A program made the position numbers and the translations under genes. The notes under the pieces are model-generated. The model saw only the letters and a program-made list of their open reading frames with translations. It did not search any database and had not been told where the DNA came from. A stretch of DNA of 64,000 nucleotides from Promethearchaeota archaeon (lineage in GTDB: Archaea; Asgardarchaeota; Lokiarchaeia; Sigyniarchaeales; SOKP01): NCBI GenBank assembly GCA_019058015.1, contig JAHLWH010000134.1, forward strand, positions 32,980 through 96,979. Reading direction: 5' to 3'. Shown piece after piece: positions 59,806-64,000 of the stretch. The first letter of the stretch is position 1; each line of letters starts with the position of its first letter.

Positions 59806-60201
59806 ATGGATCTTAAATTTCCTGCAGATTTAAAATATGCACCAACTCACGAGTGGGTTAGGATGGATGGAGATATAGCAACTGTTGGAATTTCTGACTA
59901 TGCACAACATAAACTTGGCGATATTGTATATGTTGAACTTCCTGAAATAGGAGCAGTATTAGAAAAAGGAAATACAGCATGCGAAATTGAGTCCGTTAAA
60001 GCTGTTAGCGAACTTTTCATGCCTTTAACGGGAGAAATTGTTGAAACTAATGGAAACATCGCTGATAATCCAGCATTTGTGAATTCTTCGCCTTACGGGG
60101 AGGGTTGGATAATGAAAATTAAAGTATCTAACCCAGATGAAATTAAAAATCTTCTCTCGGTTGAAAAATATCAAGAATTGATCGAAAAAGAGGAAGATTA
60201 A
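59806..60201 (+). CDS. gcvH: Glycine cleavage system H protein
   Basis: 'HEWV', 'GISDYAQHKLGDIVYVELP', lipoyl 'ESVKAVS'. Confidence 0.97.
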   Translation: MDLKFPADLKYAPTHEWVRMDGDIATVGISDYAQHKLGDIVYVELPEIGAVLEKGNTACEIESVKAVSELFMPLTGEIVETNGNIADNPAFVNSSPYGEGWIMKIKVSNPDEIKNLLSVEKYQELIEKEED

Positions 60202-60261
60202 TAGTTTTTTTTATATTCATTAGATTAATCCAACTATTACCATCTAAATGAGATAGATAGA

Positions 60262-61602
60262 ATGGATTTTATACTTCATGATAAAGAAACAATTGCGGAG
60301 ATGTTAACTTCCATCGGTGTTAATTCCTTAGAGGAGTTATTTCAAGACATTCCAGCCGATTTGCTGTTAAAAAAATTAAACCTACCTCATGGTTTGTCTG
60401 AACCAGATCTTTTACGGCGATTAGAAGAACTTTCACATAAAAATAAAATTTATTCAAGTTCTTTTCTAGGAGCTGGTTGTTATTACCATTATATTCCTTC
60501 ATTGGTGGATTTTGTAATTAGCCTTTCAGGATTTTATACTGCCTATACTCCCTACCAAGCAGAAGCCAGTCAAGGGTATTTACAAGCCATTTATGAGTAT
60601 CAAACAGCAATTACGCGGCTTACCCAGATGGATGTTACCAATGCGAGTATGTATGACGGGTCCACTGCTCTTGCTGAAGCTGCAATTATGGCAACTGTAG
60701 CCACGCAGAAAAAAAAACTTATTTTACTTGAAGGAATTCATCCGGAATATGTAGAAGTTGTTAAGACCTATTGCTGGGGGCAAGACATCCATTTTGAAAT
60801 TGTTATGGAGGATACACTCATCTCAAAATTAGATGAAAGTGTTGCAGCTGTTCTATTCCAGAGTCCAAATTTCTTCGGTGACATCGAAAATGTCACAGAA
60901 TTAGTTCAAATAATTAGAGATAAAGCTCCCAAATGTTTAGTTGTTCAAGTAATGACTGATCCTACTTGCCTAGGCGTGTTAAAACCTCCAGGAAAATTTG
61001 ATATTGATATTTTTGTTGCTGAAGGACAATCTTTTGGTATTTCACCATCATTTGGCGGTCCAGGGTTAGGAATTTTTGCATCTAAGCAAAAATATTTGCG
61101 TAAAATGCCAGGTCGGTTGATTGGTAAAACTAACGAAATTGATGGAGAGCGAGAGGGATTTATCCTAACTTTGCAAACCCGCGAACAGCATATACGTCGT
61201 GAGAAAGCCACTTCAAATATTTGTACGAACCAAGCACTGTGTGCTTTAGCCTCGTTAATTTATCTCGTTTCATTGGGAAAAACAGGTCTTCAAGAGATTG
61301 CTCTTCAAAATTTTCAAAAATCTCATTATGTTAAGCAAAAATTAGCAACCATCCCAGGTTATCAAATATTAAATAAGAAACCAACATATAATGAATTTTT
61401 GGTTAAATGTCCAAATGTTAATGAACTAATTGAACAATGCAAACAGGAAAATCTGCTTCCACCTCTAATTATATCGAAATATTTTCCTGATATGAAAGAT
61501 ATTGTACTTGTATGTGTGACTGAGAGCAATTCTCGGGAGGATATAGAAAAATTCATTCATGCAGCTCAAAAAGCTTCTAACAAAAACATAGGAGGGAATT
61601 AA
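60262..61602 (+). CDS. gcvPA: Glycine dehydrogenase subunit 1
   Basis: 'FLGAGCYYH', 'YTAYTPYQAEASQG', 'NASMYDG', 'LQTREQHIRREKATSNICTNQ'. Confidence 0.97.
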   Translation: MDFILHDKETIAEMLTSIGVNSLEELFQDIPADLLLKKLNLPHGLSEPDLLRRLEELSHKNKIYSSSFLGAGCYYHYIPSLVDFVISLSGFYTAYTPYQAEASQGYLQAIYEYQTAITRLTQMDVTNASMYDGSTALAEAAIMATVATQKKKLILLEGIHPEYVEVVKTYCWGQDIHFEIVMEDTLISKLDESVAAVLFQSPNFFGDIENVTELVQIIRDKAPKCLVVQVMTDPTCLGVLKPPGKFDIDIFVAEGQSFGISPSFGGPGLGIFASKQKYLRKMPGRLIGKTNEIDGEREGFILTLQTREQHIRREKATSNICTNQALCALASLIYLVSLGKTGLQEIALQNFQKSHYVKQKLATIPGYQILNKKPTYNEFLVKCPNVNELIEQCKQENLLPPLIISKYFPDMKDIVLVCVTESNSREDIEKFIHAAQKASNKNIGGN

Positions 61603-61605
61603 ACA

Positions 61606-63042
61606 ATGACTTCAAACCTGACTTTAATTTTTAACAAAGGTACTAAACGCTCTCAACATAATTTCATTCCTGAAATGGATATAGATAAAGTTGATTTACT
61701 CAAAATAATACCCTCATCTTTTCAACGAGAAGATTTACCCTTACCCGATATTCCAGAGGTAAAAATTGTCCGCCATTATACCGAGTTGAGTAGGAAAAAT
61801 TATGGGATAGATTCAGGAATTTATCCGCTTGGTTCATGCACTATGAAATATAATCCTAAAATTAATGAGGTGATCACTCGACTTCCAGCTTTTTTCCAAA
61901 TACATCCTCTTCAAGAAGAAAATCAAGGAGCTCTTGAACTAATACACCAACTCTCAGAGCTACTCATAGAAATTACCGGTATGGATGGATTTACCTTTCA
62001 ACCTGCTGCGGGAGCTCATGGAGAGTTAACCGGGATTTTAATAATGAAAAAATATTTCGAGAATAAAAATCTCAAAAAAAATAAAATATTAATACCAGAT
62101 TCCGCCCATGGAACTAACCCATCATCTGCAAAAATGGCAGGTTTTTCAATAATCGAAGTACGATCAAATGATGCGGGAGAAATTCCACTTGATCACATTG
62201 AATTCGCAATGCAGCAGGGCGATGTAGCGGGTATAATGTTAACCAATCCCAATACTTTGGGTATATTTGACCGTCAAATTAAGGATATCACGAATATCAT
62301 ACACAAATATGGGGGTTTATGCTACTATGATGGCGCTAATTTGAATCCTATGTTAGGGATTTGCCGCCCAGGGGATATGGGTTTTGATATCATCCATCTG
62401 AATTTCCATAAAACTTTCTCAACTCCACATGGTGGAGGTGGTCCTGGTTCTGGACCTGTGGGTGTTATTAAAGAACTCGTTCCATATCTACCCGGACCCC
62501 ATATTATCGCTACAGAACAGGAATTTGTATGTCGAGAAAAAACCAACAATTCTATTGGTCGGATTAAGTGTTTTTGGGGTAATTTTGGAGTTATTGTGCG
62601 TGCATATGCGTATATTCTCGCGTTAGGTGCCGAAGGTCTTAAACGAGTGGGTCAAATGGCTGTATTAAATGCAAATTACTTGCGGGTTCTTTTAAAAGAA
62701 AAATATCACCTCCCTTACGATCGCATATGTCAACATGAATTTGTACTTTCAGATCGGGGAATTCCAAATGAAGTAACTACTGAAGACATTGCAAAACGTA
62801 TTCTTGATTATGGATTATATGCTCCAACCATATACTTTCCGTTAATAGTAAAAGGTGCATTGATGATTGAACCAACCGAAACCGAGTCAAAAGCTTCATT
62901 GGATAATTTCGTTAATGTGATGAATAAAATCTATAATGAAGCAAAAACTGCTCCTGAACTTCTTAAAAATGCTCCCCATAACACACCTGTTAAACGTCTC
63001 GATGCTGTTCTCGCTGCTCGAAACCCAATATTACATGATTAA
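61606..63042 (+). CDS. gcvPB: Glycine dehydrogenase subunit 2
   Basis: 'YPLGSCTMKYNP', 'QPAAGAHGE', PLP Lys 'HLNFHKTFSTPHGGGGPG', 'EPTETES'. Confidence 0.97.
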   Translation: MTSNLTLIFNKGTKRSQHNFIPEMDIDKVDLLKIIPSSFQREDLPLPDIPEVKIVRHYTELSRKNYGIDSGIYPLGSCTMKYNPKINEVITRLPAFFQIHPLQEENQGALELIHQLSELLIEITGMDGFTFQPAAGAHGELTGILIMKKYFENKNLKKNKILIPDSAHGTNPSSAKMAGFSIIEVRSNDAGEIPLDHIEFAMQQGDVAGIMLTNPNTLGIFDRQIKDITNIIHKYGGLCYYDGANLNPMLGICRPGDMGFDIIHLNFHKTFSTPHGGGGPGSGPVGVIKELVPYLPGPHIIATEQEFVCREKTNNSIGRIKCFWGNFGVIVRAYAYILALGAEGLKRVGQMAVLNANYLRVLLKEKYHLPYDRICQHEFVLSDRGIPNEVTTEDIAKRILDYGLYAPTIYFPLIVKGALMIEPTETESKASLDNFVNVMNKIYNEAKTAPELLKNAPHNTPVKRLDAVLAARNPILHD

Positions 63043-63112
63043 AATATTTGAAGATTTAAGAAAAATAAAAATATTTTGGATATTTATAATACTACCTGAT
63101 ATTACTTTTATC

Positions 63113-64000
63113 TCATGGATCATTTCTAAACGGGTGACGAGCACTTTCTGCATTCTTTATGCCATCTTCTGCAGTTGGCAGACCTTCCATCGCCTTTCGA
63201 ATAGCGTTCCGAGTTGCTTTAAAGTTATTTATGAAAATCCGTTTGCGACTACTTGCACTGGGATGAATAAAGACATTAGCAATAATCACTAAATCTTCTG
63301 AAGCATCTTTAGGAAGAATTCCATCTTCAACACATTTCATTACCGCTTTCGCTACTGCTGCTTGAGCTGGTCCATAAACGAGACTTGCTTGACGTAGCGA
63401 CTGGACCTTAACTGTAGGAATCATTACTGTTGCCGGTTTGACTTGCATATTAGGTTCAAGAATCACTTGAAGCCCTTCACGACCTTTCGCAGGATGTGTT
63501 AGAGCACGAGCATATGCTTCACCAACAGGACCTTTCTTATCACCAATAAGAAGATCTATATGAGCAAGTTCGGCTCTATTTCCTACAAGTGATTCACCAA
63601 CCCTTAAACTAAAGTCTGAAATTATCTGAGGAGTAATATCAACAGAATAGAAACGACTCGTAAGTTCTTTCTCGGCAACTTCAATTTTAATTTCCTTCTT
63701 TTTGAGTAAACCTAACTTCTCTAATTCTATTCTAAATTCATCCCAAAGCTCATAGGAAAGTGTATCACCCATTATTACAGGCTGTCGAGTAACACCAACA
63801 GGAATATTCATCATATTCAAACACTCTTTAGGTCCTAAAGCACCAGAACCAACAATCATTCGCGCAAACTTTTGAATCTTTTTTTGTAGAATCTGAGCTT
63901 CCGCAAGACGTTTATTTTTTACATGATCATAAAGTTCGAGCCAAATCTTTGGAATCACATTAGCTGAGGCAAGAATCACCCCTGCAGCACCACCAGCTAG
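63113..64000 (-). CDS. fae: DapA/DHDPS-family aldolase fused to formaldehyde-activating enzyme (5' end outside the window)
   Basis: Frame open to the window edge (LAGGAAGVILASANVIP... = DapA-family C-terminus), then Fae motifs 'VGESLVG..ELAHIDLLIG', 'GPAQAAVAKAV', 'VFIHP', 'HPF'. Confidence 0.85.
   Translation of the reverse strand, partial: LAGGAAGVILASANVIPKIWLELYDHVKNKRLAEAQILQKKIQKFARMIVGSGALGPKECLNMMNIPVGVTRQPVIMGDTLSYELWDEFRIELEKLGLLKKKEIKIEVAEKELTSRFYSVDITPQIISDFSLRVGESLVGNRAELAHIDLLIGDKKGPVGEAYARALTHPAKGREGLQVILEPNMQVKPATVMIPTVKVQSLRQASLVYGPAQAAVAKAVMKCVEDGILPKDASEDLVIIANVFIHPSASSRKRIFINNFKATRNAIRKAMEGLPTAEDGIKNAESARHPFRNDP

Noticed and set aside
74-63292. Many short antisense or overlapping ORFs in the six-frame track (e.g. 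74-397, 14445-14831, 54147-54638, 62936-63292)
   Set aside because: They are shadows of well-supported genes on the other strand or frame and have no recognisable motifs

Overview
AT-rich, gene-dense archaeal chromosome segment. It is most likely from an Asgard archaeon (Lokiarchaeia/Helarchaeales-like), judged from a roadblock/LC7 protein, Bet3/V4R-fold proteins, ribophorin-I and OSTC/DC2 homologues, an SDS22-type LRR protein and a C4HC3 RING-type protein. Housekeeping and metabolic content: hdrBC, hypF/E/D with fdhD, map, a Sec61beta-ribophorin I-Trm112-tRNA-AglH glycosylation neighbourhood, radB/trm1/rlmE/TFEbeta/radA-paralogue/mptE, and a complete gcvT-H-PA-PB operon. The main points of interest are: (1) a DapA-family aldolase fused to formaldehyde-activating enzyme (Fae) at the right edge; (2) a ~2.7-kb insert bounded by an exact 21-bp direct repeat, carrying a start-less interrupted ORF and an LRR gene; (3) a tRNA-Gln(TTG) with a D-loop intron and C33; (4) eukaryote-like OST subunits; (5) a Bet3/V4R pair, one with an Arl-like N-terminal helix; (6) a kinase-like DUF6206 coupled to a class III aminotransferase; (7) an M29 peptidase apparently split by pepD. 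Several single-base homopolymer frameshifts may be assembly errors. No CRISPR array, rRNA, integrase or transposase was seen. All family assignments come from motif recognition by eye, not from database searches.
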